This document shows positions 27,932-39,825 of a DNA stretch of 64,000 nt, piece by piece. The notes under the pieces are model-generated. The model saw only the letters and a list, made by a program, of their open reading frames with translations. It did no database searches and was not told the DNA's origin. The DNA comes from Octopus sinensis (lineage: Eukaryota): the NCBI RefSeq assembly GCF_006345805.1, contig NC_042997.1:195548001-195612000 (forward strand). Reading direction: 5' to 3'. The position numbers and the translations under genes are program-made. Position 1 is the first letter of the stretch. The number at the start of each line of letters is the position of its first letter.

Positions 27932-27975
27932 GACCACTGATGAGGTCACAGGAGTGTGACGAAAGAACTCTGGCC
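27932..27975 (+). ncRNA. Type I hammerhead ribozyme motif
   Basis: GACCA-CTGATGA-G-GTCACA GGAG TGTGAC-GAA AG AA CT C-TGGCC. Confidence 0.75.
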
Positions 27976-28023
27976 GAAATAAGATTAAGATTAATGTAAA
28001 AAATAAATGGATGGATATATATA

Positions 28024-28407
28024 TGGAAGCACTCCGTCGGTTACGACGACGAGGGTTCCGGTTGATCCGAATCAACGGAACAGCCTGCTCGTGAAATTAA
28101 CGTGTAAGTGGCTGAGCACTCCACAGACACGTGTACCCTTAACGTAGTTCTCGGGGATATTCAGCGTGACACAGAGATTGACAAGGCTGGCCTTTTGAAA
28201 TACAGGCACAACAGAAACAGAAAGTACGAGTGAGAGAAAGTTGTGGTGAAAGAGTACAGCAGGGATCACCACCATCCCCTGCCGAAGCCTCGTGGAGCTT
28301 TAGGTGTTTTCGCTCAATAAACACTCACAACGCCCGGTCTGGGAATCGAAACCGCGATCCTATGACCGCGAGTCCGCTGCCCTAACCACTGGGCCATTGC
28401 GCCTCCA
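28024..28407 (-). mobile_element. S1 SINE, full length
   Basis: Reverse complement of the 28641 copy; TSD-like TAAAAAATAAAT on both sides. Confidence 0.93.
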
Positions 28408-28640
28408 TAAAAAATAAATAACGCTAAAACAAAGTAACACCAAATATATAGTGCGTGTGTTTTTATTGGCTAAACTGGCAAAATGACGATTCCTAAATAC
28501 AACAATATTACGATATAAATCGTTAAACATTTTTTACCAGCCATAAACATTAAACATGTTTTAATTTAAAGAGACCTCAGTTCCTACACTATCAATAATT
28601 ATAAAAGCTTGACATTTTGCTCCTATTTATCTTTTATAGC

Positions 28641-29023
28641 GTGGAGGCGCAATGGCCCAGTGGTTAGGACAGCGGACTCGCGGTCGTAGGATCACGGTTT
28701 CGATTCTCAGACCGGGCGTTGTGAGTGTTTATGAGCGAAAACACCTAAAGCTCCACGAGGCTCCGGCAGGGGATGGTGGTGATCCCTGCTGTACTCTTTC
28801 ACCACAACTTTCTCTCACTCTTACTTTCTGTTTCTGTTGTGCCTGTATTTCAAAGGGCCGGCCTTGTCACTCTCTGTGTCACGCTGAATATTCCCGAGAA
28901 CTACGTTAAGGGTACACGTGTCTGTGGAGTGCTCAGCCACTTGCGCGTTAATTTCACGAGCAGGCTGTTCCGTTGATTCGGATCAACCGGAACCCTCGTC
29001 GTCGTAACCGACGGAGTGCTTCC
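28641..29023 (+). mobile_element. S1 SINE, full length, flanked by ~173-bp direct repeats
   Basis: A/B boxes; flanks 28465-28638 and 29024-29196 nearly identical. Confidence 0.93.
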
Positions 29024-29555
29024 ATTGGCTAAACTGGCAAAATGACGATTCCTAAATACAACAATATTACGATATAAATCGTTAAACATTTTTACCAGCC
29101 ATAAACATTAAACATGTTTTAATTTAAAGAGACCTCAGTTCATACACTATCAATAATTATAAAAGCTTGACATTTTGTTCCTATTTATCTTTTATATTAG
29201 GTGAGATGGAAAAAAGGGATCCAGAGAGCATGTCTCCTCGAGCCGGTCATCAAATATCAAAAAGCCACGCGTAAAATGTCAAAGAGCCACTTGTAGCTTG
29301 CGGAACACCGTTCGGGCCGTTCCTACTACAAAGCATCCTGAAGATGAAAAGAAGCGCTTTTTTATCTTTTATTTTTTTATTTGTTCCATTTATTGGACTG
29401 TGGTCATGCTGGAGCCACGCCTTGAGGGTTTAGTTGAACAAATCGGCACTAATACTTATTTTTCTAAGGCCTGGTAGTTGTGTGTGTGTGTGTGTGTTCA
29501 TACATACACACACACATATATATACTTTATATCTATCTATATATATATATATATG

Positions 29556-29585
<30 letters not shown>

Positions 29586-29586
<1 letters not shown>

Positions 29587-29806
29587 TCTCTCTTTTACTC
29601 TTTTACTTGTTTCAGTCATTTGACTGCGGCCATGCTGGAGCAACGCCTTTAGTCGAGCAAATCGTCCCCGGGACTTATTTTTGTAAGCCCAGTACTTATT
29701 CTATCGGTCTCTTTGGCCGAACCGCTAAGTGACGGAGACGTAAACACACCAGCATCGGTTGTCAAGCAATGCTAGGGAGACAAACACAGACACACAAACA
29801 CACACA
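29586..29806 (-). mobile_element. S3 SINE 3' half
   Basis: Matches the S3 tail half. Confidence 0.85.
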
Positions 29807-29820
29807 TCTTTCTAGCAAAA

Positions 29821-29858
29821 CTGCCCGATGAACAGCAACGGGAAACTCAGAGTAACAG
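29821..29858 (+). ncRNA. Hammerhead motif, U4C core variant (degenerate stem II)
   Basis: CTGC-CCGATGA-ACAGCAACGG-GAA ACTC A GAGT A-ACAG; same family as 34483. Confidence 0.6.
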
Positions 29859-30044
29859 GTTTTGTTGAATTTTCTGCTGCTTTAATAAAGTATATATATA
29901 TATATATATTATAATATATATATATATATATATAGATATATTAGAAAAAATGAGGTAATCAGATCAGATGGTTCATATTGTAGATATTTATTTATATATT
30001 ACATTTTTTACATATATATCATATCATTCAGATCATATCATTCG

Positions 30045-30082
30045 GATTAGCGCTTTCCTCCAATCTGTGGGGTTTTCAAATC
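30045..30082 (-). ncRNA. Hammerhead motif, U3-A8 core variant
   Basis: Minus strand GAT-TTGAAAA-CCCC acagatt GGAG-GAA AGCGCT A-ATC; palindromic stem III. Confidence 0.6.
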
Positions 30083-30368
30083 AAATCAATTGTGGGGAGT
30101 TTGAACATATTATAGTTTCGTAGTAGTGCGGAGGAATAAGATATAGTACAAGAGGGTGAGGAGGAAGTGAGACAGAGAAAACATGTGTGGTATGTGTAGT
30201 GTGTGTGTGTTGTTGTGTGTATATATATGTGTGTGTGTGGTGTGTGTTGTGTGTGTGTGCGTTTATATCTGAGAGGGAAGAAGTGTTTATTTCCGTTGGT
30301 CTACTGGACCTCCTGTGGTTTATAAGAACTTGGCTCTGTCCATTTCGATGTCACTGAGTGTGTGTTGT

Positions 30369-30784
30369 GCAGAAACGTTAGCACACCGGGCGAAATGCTT
30401 AGCGGTATTTCGTCTGCCGAAGGCGGCGAGCTGGCACAGAAACGTTAGCACACCGGTCGAATGCTTAGCGGTATTGCGTCTGCGCAAGGCGGCGAGCTGG
30501 CAGAAACTTTAGCACACCGGGCGAAATGCTTAGCGGTATTTCGTCTGCCGAAGGCGGCGAGCTGGAGAAACGTTAGCACACCGGGCGAAATTCTTAGCGG
30601 TATTGCGTCTGTCGTTGCGTTTGAGTTCAAATTCCGCCGAGGTCGACTTGCCTTTCATCCTTTCGGTCGATAAATTTAAACAAATACCAGTTTCGCGCAC
30701 TGGGGTCGATGTATCGACCTTAATTCCTTTGTCTGTCCCTGTTTGTCCCCTCTATGTTTAGCCCCTTGTGGGCAATTAAGAAAC
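30369..30784 (+). mobile_element. S4 SINE with four tandem head repeats
   Basis: AGAAACGTTAGCACACCGGGCGAAATGCTTAGCGGTATT occurs four times, then core and tail A. Confidence 0.85.
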
Positions 30785-30974
30785 ATATATATATATATAG
30801 GAGTAAAATATGAAAAATCAACGAAAATGCATATTGCAAATAGAAAAAAGGCTATTTATGACAAGTAGTGACAAATATATACATTTAGATTGACTGAGGT
30901 AGTAATACGAGTCATGAAGGTCATTATTATGAGATGATTATAAGATGATAATAAAGTATGAGAACAAAACGCTT

Positions 30975-31295
30975 TGGCGGAGCGAAATTCCTGTCTGTCC
31001 AATATAGAGTTTACCACATCCTATGCATGTCATCACATAGATTACATTTGCCGAAGCGCAAGTGAAATTTGATTTGATCTTAAATATTTCTCCTTGTTTG
31101 AATTGGAATTCTGAACCCTCCAGAAGGTGGGGGCATGTTCCACAGTTACGACGTCCACATTTTGTCACTTTTGGCTCTGTAGTTTGTGGGTAAAGTCTAG
31201 CGCTGGTTAATATTCTTTTCAGTGACTTTGCTTGCTTTTTGCTTTTTTATAATTTTATATGAGCTTAAAATTCCGTTCATTGTTTTGTCTGCTGT
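30975..31295 (-). pseudogene. Penelope-like element GIY-YIG endonuclease fragment
   Basis: KSLKRILTSARL...KCGRRNCGTCPH...FTCASANVIYVMTCIGCGKLYIGQTG; VIY/YIG with a Cys-rich linker; one frameshift; truncated. Confidence 0.9.
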
Positions 31296-31348
31296 ATATA
31301 TATCCATATATATATATATATCCATATATATATATCCATATATATATG

Positions 31349-31520
31349 TAGTTAATCCAAACATGAAAACACCAAGAGAAAACACAACAACGCGAGGACG
31401 TGGAACAAATATAGTATTATTGGAAGCTCTTCGTCAGAAACATAGGAAAAGGAAAGATCCAGAGAAGGGAAGACGGAGGAAAAAAATCGCCAACGGTACA
31501 CACGCGGTCACATTTTGAAT
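31349..31520 (-). mobile_element. PLE-type pLTR island (family of 49051 and 54227) with half-deleted hammerhead
   Basis: TAGTTAATCCAAACATG...GAGGACGTGG; minus strand GTTT-CTGACGA-AGAGC, then a deletion. Confidence 0.65.
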
Positions 31521-31525
31521 GTGTG

Positions 31526-31562
<37 letters not shown>

Positions 31563-31563
<1 letters not shown>

Positions 31564-31786
31564 TCTCTCTTTTACTCTTTTACTTTTTCAGTCATTTGAC
31601 TGCGGCCATGCTGGAGCAACGCCTTTAGTCGAGCAAATCGACCCCGGGATTTATTCTTTGTAAGCCCAGTACTTATTCTATCGGTCTCTTTGGCCGAACC
31701 GCTAAGTGACGGGGACGTAAACACACCAGCATCGGTTGTCAAGCAATGCTAGGGAGACAAACATAGACACACACACAAACACACAC

Positions 31787-31838
<52 letters not shown>

Positions 31839-31926
31839 TACATATATACGACAAGCTTCTTTCAATTTCCGTCTACCAAATCCACTCACAAGGCATTAGT
31901 CGGCCCGGGCCTATAGCAGAAGACAA
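31563..31926 (-). mobile_element. S3 SINE, 5' truncated
   Basis: Tail, internal microsatellite and part of the head. Confidence 0.85.
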
Positions 31927-32158
31927 GTTTTGGGAAAGGAGCTTGTCTATTAGATCAACCTTCAGGGCTCAGCTGCGACTTTTTTCATCGAACCTGAAAG
32001 GATAAGAGGAAAAGTCGACCTCGGCGTCATTTGAACTCAAAACATAGATTTAGAAGAAATTCTGCTAAGCATTTTTCCTGGCGCAGTAACGATTCTGCCA
32101 TCTTTCCGCCTTGATTCAGTATTAATTCATTTTTTCTAAAACTTCGTTGCTTAAATAG

Positions 32159-32558
32159 GCGCAGGGGTGGCTGTGTGGTAAGTAGCTTGTTTACCAATCA
32201 CATGGTTCCGTGTTCAGTCCCACTGCGTGGCACCTTGGGCAAGTGTCTTCTACTATAGCCTTGGGCCGACCAAAGCCTTGTGAGTGGATTTGGTAGACGG
32301 AAACTGAAAGAAGCCCGTCGTATATATGTACATATATATATGCGTGCGTGTATGGTTGTGTTTGTCCCCCTAGCATTGCTTGACAACCAATGCTGGTGTG
32401 TTTATGTCCCCGTCACTTAGCGGTTCGGCAAAAGAGACCGATAGAATAAGTACTAGGCTTACAAAGAATAAGCCCCGGGGTCGAGTTGCTCGATTAAAGG
32501 CGGTGCTCCAGCATGGCCGCAGTCAAATGACTGAAACAAGTAAAAGAGTAAAAGAGTA
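32159..32558 (+). mobile_element. S3 SINE, full length
   Basis: Head to TAAAAGAG tail. Confidence 0.93.
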
Positions 32559-33083
32559 AATCTAATTGAAGCTGGATTCCAGAGTAAAGATATCCGTTTA
32601 ATATAATCAGTGTAAAGGGAATTTATGCGCAGAGAACCGAGTCCCCAAAGAAGAGATATGAATTAATTACAGCAAGACAGTTAGAAAACAAAATTAAACA
32701 CCCTTGTGCATCGTAGAATATAAAGGAAATTTGACCATTATTTATAAAATTTTTGACTTAAAATCCACCGAGTTTTTCACTTAAATTTCTTACAACGTAA
32801 CACGAAACAATAGAAAGAAATTATCTTCGATATGGCATAGTTTAAATAGTAGAAAGTATTTTTTTAGAAACAAACCAATAGAGATTTGGAATAAATTTTC
32901 TCCAAAGCACAGTTCTAGAACCAAACACGAATTATTGTAAACAATCAAAATGAGAGAAATTTTAAAAGTTCTTTTCGAAGTCAAAAATTCTTTCGTTTTT
33001 TCCTGAGCGTCAAACTTGTTTGTTGTACCACGAAACCTGCCTCTGTCATCTTTATTTTTGTATTTTTTGTATAATTTGAACCA

Positions 33084-33165
<82 letters not shown>

Positions 33166-33505
33166 ACTGTATATATATATGTATCTGTCGGGCATGTGGA
33201 AGAGAGTGTAATTCAGCAGGAGGACTTAAACGACATGCAAGGGTACATGAAGCCCAGTTACAACTACAGCCGGCTATTACCGGTGAAGGTTTTAGTTGCC
33301 AATTCTGTACAAGACATTGTAGATCTTTAGTTGGGCTAAAAGTCACATTCGATCACAGCACCAGTAACACAAGCTTCGTGAAATGGCCATACTTGATAAC
33401 GAGGGGGCAGCCAAAATAATATCTATATCTATACGTATCTAAATATATATATGTATGTATATGCGTATACACACACACACACACACAACACACACACACA
33501 CACAC

Positions 33506-33538
<33 letters not shown>

Positions 33539-33896
33539 GCATACATATATAAATACATACATACGTACATATATATATAATTATAATTTGAGGTATCTAA
33601 GAGATACCTCCACGCTGGAAATAGCAGTCAAACTTGACTCTAAAACCACATTAAATGTTCATACAGCACCAGGAGAGAAGACAAAAAGGACAAAATAAAC
33701 TAGCAAAAAATTACTGGATAATTCCAGATCCCGGATTTCTGGCTTTGCATAACAAATGCTTTGCCTTATATATATAGTTTACCCATATATATATAAGGAT
33801 GTGTGTGTGTGTGTGTGTGTACATGTGTCTGGGGAAGGATGGAACAAAAAAAGTTCGTATCATTTTTCAATTGGTGGCATTTAAAGAGAGAGAGAG

Positions 33897-33928
<32 letters not shown>

Positions 33929-34449
33929 GAGAGAGAGAGAGAAGAGAGAGAGAGAGAAAGAGATGTAGGGAGAGAGAGAAACAGAGTCTATGTAATTATA
34001 TACATAAATATGCAACCATATTTTTTATTGCGTTTTTATTGGTACATTCTTGAAGTAGACTGCAAGGTATCATGGGATTCATGTTGTAAATGATGGCATC
34101 GCTTACATCATTAGCGGAATTACAATTTGCTAATTGTTATCTCCAAGCTACTTTCAGCAACTAGTAACTGTTCATAAATTAGTTCTCGACTACTCTATCC
34201 AAGCATTACTTTTTGCATGTATCTTGTAAATAAAATTTTCTTAGCAAACACCCTAATTTTCGTTTTCTGGGATTCTGTGTAGGTGCTGGTATGGCCCTGT
34301 GGTTAAGAAGTTCGATTCTCAATTGTGGTTTTGCATGTCACCTTGAGTCTGTGTCGTTTATTATAGCCAAGGGCATACAATACCTTGTGAGGGAATTAAG
34401 TAGACGGAAACTGTATGGAAGCCAATGTATATATATATATATATATGTA

Positions 34450-34582
34450 CTTTATTTAAACGCAGCAGAAACTCAACAAAACCTGTTACTCGGAGTTTCA
34501 CGTTCCCGTTCGTCGGACAGTTTCGGGAACGTGAAACTCCGAGTAACAGGTTTCGATGAATTTCTGCTGCTTTTAAATAAAG
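34450..34582. repeat. ~58-bp-arm inverted repeat (inverted pLTR junction)
   Basis: 34450-34507 is the reverse complement of 34525-34582. Confidence 0.9.
34483..34520 (-). ncRNA. Hammerhead motif, U4C core variant
   Basis: Minus strand CTGT-CCGACGA-ACG GGAA CGT-GAA ACTC C GAGT A-ACAG; all three stems pair. Confidence 0.75.
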
Positions 34583-34668
34583 CATTTTACTCTACTCCTG
34601 GTATTTTAGTACTCTTTTTTCCACCTTGTTTCACATTTATGTGTTTACTCCGGTAATGTATATATCGG

Positions 34669-34722
34669 TCCTTACTGATGACGTCTACGGAAACAGGCGA
34701 AGCTAAACGTTTAGTCTAAGGA
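34669..34722 (+). ncRNA. Type I hammerhead motif (A15.1G)
   Basis: TCCTTA-CTGATGA-C-GTCT acggaaac AGGC-GAAG CTAAACGTTTAG TC-TAAGGA. Confidence 0.75.
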
Positions 34723-34934
34723 ATTCTCGAGTCGGCGGTGTGGCGATTATATCCCCTGATAGTATGTGTGTATACATTTGTGCCTTTTCTACAGAATTAA
34801 GAAATTTTAGTTCTTATTTCTTGCAATGTAAGTGTTTTGATACCTTTAGACACATTAAATGACGGTTGAATTCTTCCTTTAGGGCATCGCATTGCACCTA
34901 GGTGTATATATATATATATATTTGCACCTAGGTG

Positions 34935-34966
<32 letters not shown>

Positions 34967-36196
34967 GTGTATGTATATGCTCGAGTATAACCAGCCGAAA
35001 TTGCAAAGATAATCTGAAACTCGACTGAGGATAGAAAACTCCGAATGATCCGTCCTTGTTTTCCTTGTATCGTCTGTCTGAATATTTTGTTGTCCCCTTT
35101 TTTTGTTTCACCTAACTGTCTGGATGTTTTGCGTTCTTGTCCCATTTTTGTATTTTATAAATATACACATTTATATTTGCGTACGTACGTATGTATGAAT
35201 GTATGTCTTTGTGTCTCTCCCCACATCTCTTCACAACCGGTGTTGGTTCGGCACAAGATATTGAAAGAATAAATACCAGGCTAAATAAATAAATAAGTGC
35301 TGGGGTAGATTAGTTCGATTAAAACCCTTCAAGGCAGAGCCACAGCATGGCCGCAACCCAAAGACTGAAACAAATAAAAGTTAAAAGAAAAAGATAAAAG
35401 ATAGGCTGGCAGTATTTCTCTACATAGTTTCCTTTGGTGTTTTATGTTACAATACGATGTAATGCTTCTTTGTTTATCCATCAAACCAGAGGGTATCAAA
35501 TTTGTGTGTCCGATATAACAGTATAAGTCGTGAAGTTTGCGATTTTTTTGTTTAGAATATGATTTATATGTTACATTGATTATGGGAAGTAGCTTCTGTG
35601 GCATGCGGGTACGACGGTAGTTGTTCCATAGATATGGGAAAAGTATGAATTATGGAGATGATGATATAATATATTCATAGTCACTTTGTAATTAGATATG
35701 AAGCATAAGTTCTGAAATTTTTATCACGCATCGGTCAATGCTCTTTCTAGGGTGCATTGCTACATGTAGTATAGTGTACGTGAAGTTTATATGAATCTTA
35801 AGTGTACACGCGCATACACAAACACACATACACATGTATAAATACGTATATATGCGCAATATATATATATATATATAGGCATAGGTGATTGCATATCTAC
35901 GTATATAATTAGACGACTTCTCTCTCTCTTTCTCTGCGTGTATGTATGTGGGTATGCATGTCTACATGCATACATAATTGTAGTTCACATACGCACGCGC
36001 GCAAACACACATACAAACACTCATATGTACATGAGATGCTATATTTCAATTGCAGTGGGTTTCAACAATATATAGACTCCATTGTTTTTTAGTTTCTATC
36101 CTCCTCCTCCTCCTCCTCCTCATCATCATCATCATCATCACCACCACATTCAACCACCACATTCCACCCCTCCTCCTCCCCCTCCTCCTCCCCCTC

Positions 36197-36232
<36 letters not shown>

Positions 36233-36329
36233 CTATAAAGAAATACACTGAATATAAAGATGTTCTAAGGAATGTACATACATATATACATATAATCATA
36301 TATATATATGTATATATATATATGTATTT

Positions 36330-36404
<75 letters not shown>

Positions 36405-36455
36405 TCAAAGCACATGCGTGTATGTGTGTGTATAAATATATAAAAGCCCATACGA

Positions 36456-36488
<33 letters not shown>

Positions 36489-36879
36489 TACATACATATT
36501 GGTATTTAGTTGTCGACTCTATTTCCCTTCTTTCTATTAGATATAAAACATCCAGATAAACAGACAAACGTATTCTCACATTATATACATACCTGAGCAC
36601 GCACGATGTTCCCAAGTACAAACATAAACAAATAGATTATTAATATCAATCTTTCATTTTTCAAAATCATTAACAAAACTTCCTACGACAAACACCGACA
36701 TACGACCACTCCCACCCAGCTACAACCCTCCCCTTCCAATCCCCACCGAAAACAAACAAACACACAAACAAACAAACAAACAAACAACAAACCAAAGAAG
36801 TATGAAGTGGAAACAATCTGAAAGACAAAACGTTATTGCCACACCATTTAACAAACATCTTTATATTCAGTAAATTTCA

Positions 36880-36898
36880 TAATAATAATAATAATAAT

Positions 36899-36929
<31 letters not shown>

Positions 36930-36942
36930 TAATAATAATAAC

Positions 36943-37038
<96 letters not shown>

Positions 37039-37260
37039 TAATTCTTATATTGGCCACAAGGGCTGACGAAAATTAATTATAACATAAAGGGACAAAAACA
37101 CAGGACGAAAGTTACAAAGGGTTTTGTCCGTTTCAAAAATCCGTGTAAAAAAACCAGTGTAACAACGAAAATAGTTAACAAAAAGGTTCCTGGTGGAAAA
37201 ACCCATAAAAGCTACGGGAGCCTGGTCAAAAGGGCGGTAGAGAGCCCCCTTTCTCCTTTT
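36880..37260 (-). mobile_element. Putative LINE 3' UTR with (TTA)n tail sharing the S4 tail-A terminus
   Basis: Minus strand ...TTTGTCCCTTTATGTT...AGCCCTTGTGGCCAATATAAGAA then (TTA)n. Confidence 0.55.
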
Positions 37261-37450
37261 ATATTACCTTTTTAATCACAGGTGAATCCTCAGAATTGGT
37301 CCGTTCATACTGGCCTTTCATCCTTTGGGGGCTGGGCGGTCGATTAAATGAATACCATTTACGCACTTGGGTCGATGTAATCACCTCATCCCCACCTCCC
37401 TCAAGCTGCACTTGTGGCAGTAATTTGAAATAATTATTATATGACAGGCT

Positions 37451-37665
37451 AAGGCGGCAAGCTGGCAGAATCGTATGTGTGCCGCGCAAAATACTTACCG
37501 GCATTTCATCTGTCTTCATGCTCCGAGTCAAAAATTCTGTCGAGGTCGACTTTGCCTTTCAACCAAACGAGGTCGATAAAACAAGTACGTGTCGAGCACC
37601 GGGGTCGATGTAATCGACTTACCCCCTTCCCGAATATGCTGGCCTTGTTCCAAAATTTGAAACCA
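37451..37665 (+). mobile_element. S4 SINE monomer (older tail)
   Basis: Head GGCGGCAAGCTGGCAGAATCG; TSD ATTATTATAYGACRGG. Confidence 0.8.
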
Positions 37666-38412
37666 TTATTATACGACGGGGCACCGTACAGTTTCCGCTT
37701 ACTAAATTCACTTACTGGGCCAGCAATTTTGTGTGGAGGGAGTTTAGTTGACACCATCGACTTCAGTGTATGGTTCGTTTATTGTTTTATCGGCCCCGAG
37801 GAAACGAAAGGCCAATGTTGACCTCGACGAAATTTGAACTCAAAATGTACAGCTGTTATAAATACCGCATAGCATTTTGTCCGATGCTCTAACGATTCTG
37901 CCAACCTCGTAACTTATTACTTTTTCATGACGATGTTATGAATAGAAAACATTTGTGGCCGAAATCATCTCAGCCTAGTTTGATACTCATTATTATTGAT
38001 CCATCTTACAAGAGAATATAATTTAAAATTCCTAGAATATTAATCTCGGCTTTCCATTTTCTTTATTCTTCTGCTAAACACTTCGATCGGTTCATTCTCC
38101 ATTCATCTTCAGAATGTCCTATTTCTTTGTATAAACATATCCTTCGGCTACGTTTTCTCTCTAACTACGTTTATTTAGATATACAGAGCGTGCATATTGC
38201 TATCGACTGAACCAGTTGTGTTGGAATATGGAATATGACAATATTTACCAATATTGCGAAGACTATTTTCTATAACTTTTCAATTCACTTTAGTCTTATC
38301 GAGTAATAAACTATTTTCCTAGCTTTCAAAGTTTTATCATAAGAATCAATTAGATTTCTTATTTTTCAGAAATAATAATCCGAACAACGTTATGATGATT
38401 GAATATATATAC

Positions 38413-38510
<98 letters not shown>

Positions 38511-38546
38511 TTCCTTCTCTCCCCTCTTTCTCTCTATATACATATA

Positions 38547-38585
<39 letters not shown>

Positions 38586-38718
38586 GCGTAGATGTGGTTG
38601 TGTAGTAAGAAGCTTGTTTCCTAACCACATGGTTCCGGGTTCAGTCCCACTGAATATGAAAAATCAAACATTACATCTGACAGCGTAATTCGAATGTTAA
38701 CAGGTTAAAGGAATCTTC

Positions 38719-39135
38719 TTATTTCATTATTGCCCACAAGGGGCTAAACATAGAGAGGACAAACAAGGACAGACAAAGGGATTAAGTCGATTATATCGAC
38801 CCCAGTGCGTAACTGGTACTTAATTTATAGACCCCGAAAGGATGAAAGGTAAAGTCGACCTCGGCGGAATTTGAACTCAGAAAGTAAGGGCAGACGAAAT
38901 ACCTATTTCTTTACTACCCACAAAGGGCTAAACACAGAAGGGACAAACAAGGACAGACAAACGGATTAAGTCGATTATATCGACCCCAGTGCGTAACTAG
39001 TACTTAATTTATCGACCCCGAAAGGATGAAAGGCAAAGTCGACCTCAGCGGAATTTGAACTTAGAACGTAGCAGCAGACGAAATACCGCTAAGCATTTCG
39101 CCCGGCGTGCTAACGTTTCTGCCAGTTCGCCGCCT
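38719..39135 (-). mobile_element. S4 SINE dimer
   Basis: Fixed junction at ~38900; TSD TTAAAGGnnTCTTCT. Confidence 0.92.
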
Positions 39136-39649
39136 TAAAGGTGTCTTCTGTGAGGCAAACTCTGTTGGCTCAAATCTCTGGCAGAAGATAACTTTCTTTC
39201 AATTGTCTCACTGCTTCTTCCAACTGACTAACCCGCTCTCCCACTTACATCCAGACTCCGATACTCAGAAAGATCGATATTTCTACAAACGAATTATTTT
39301 GAAGAAAAAAAAAATAAAGAAAAGAAAAAGCCTCTTAGACGCACTCTACATTAATGTTGTGCTCCCACTAATGGTTTTAACACCAGTATTATGTGTTTTA
39401 AATCAACGTTAAATATTTGTATACATTTTTAGCTAGAATTAATCAATTCACCTATTAACAAATCGTCTCCATTAGATAACTGATTCTAGATAACTACACA
39501 GATTTAGTTATACTATGGTAATGAAAGAGTATCTAACTGCACTGAAGTTAATGAGGCCTAACAAAGTTGAAATCGTGTTGCCTCAGTTGTCAGACACTCA
39601 GGTTCGTTTTGGAAGTTATATCCTAGAGATTGAAAATAATGATTATTTC

Positions 39650-39825
39650 TGTTGTGTGGACACCCCCAGACGATGAAGTAGGCTAGCCCAATACGTTGAT
39701 ATAGAAGGAGAAGCCTAGACGTCAAGTGAGAGAGAACGGTCGGTGTAGCGATGCGACCAGAACAGAGTAGCAGTAGTAGTAGAGAGTCGAGTTGAGTAGC
39801 TGTCATCCGAACGTGCGACATAACA
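39650..39825. mobile_element. Short solo LTR
   Basis: TG...CA ends with inverted termini TGTTGTGT/ACATAACA; 5-bp TSD ATTTC at 39645-39649 and 39826-39830. Confidence 0.75.

Larger units (their letters stand above)
34282..35400 (+). mobile_element. Old S3 SINE whose internal (TA)n hosts several PLE-type islands
   Basis: Head 34282-34427, tail ~35190-35400. Confidence 0.7.

Noticed and set aside
29335-29365. CTGAAGA...GAAGCGC as a hammerhead
   Set aside because: No stem I or II and no GAAA in register
33280-33345. CCGGTGA followed by a long hairpin as a hammerhead
   Set aside because: A hairpin is present, but there is no GAAA/UH half of the core
34883-34940. Twice-repeated palindrome TGCACCTAGGTGTA as a regulatory site
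   Set aside because: More simply a terminal duplication at an island/(TA)n junction; no functional evidence
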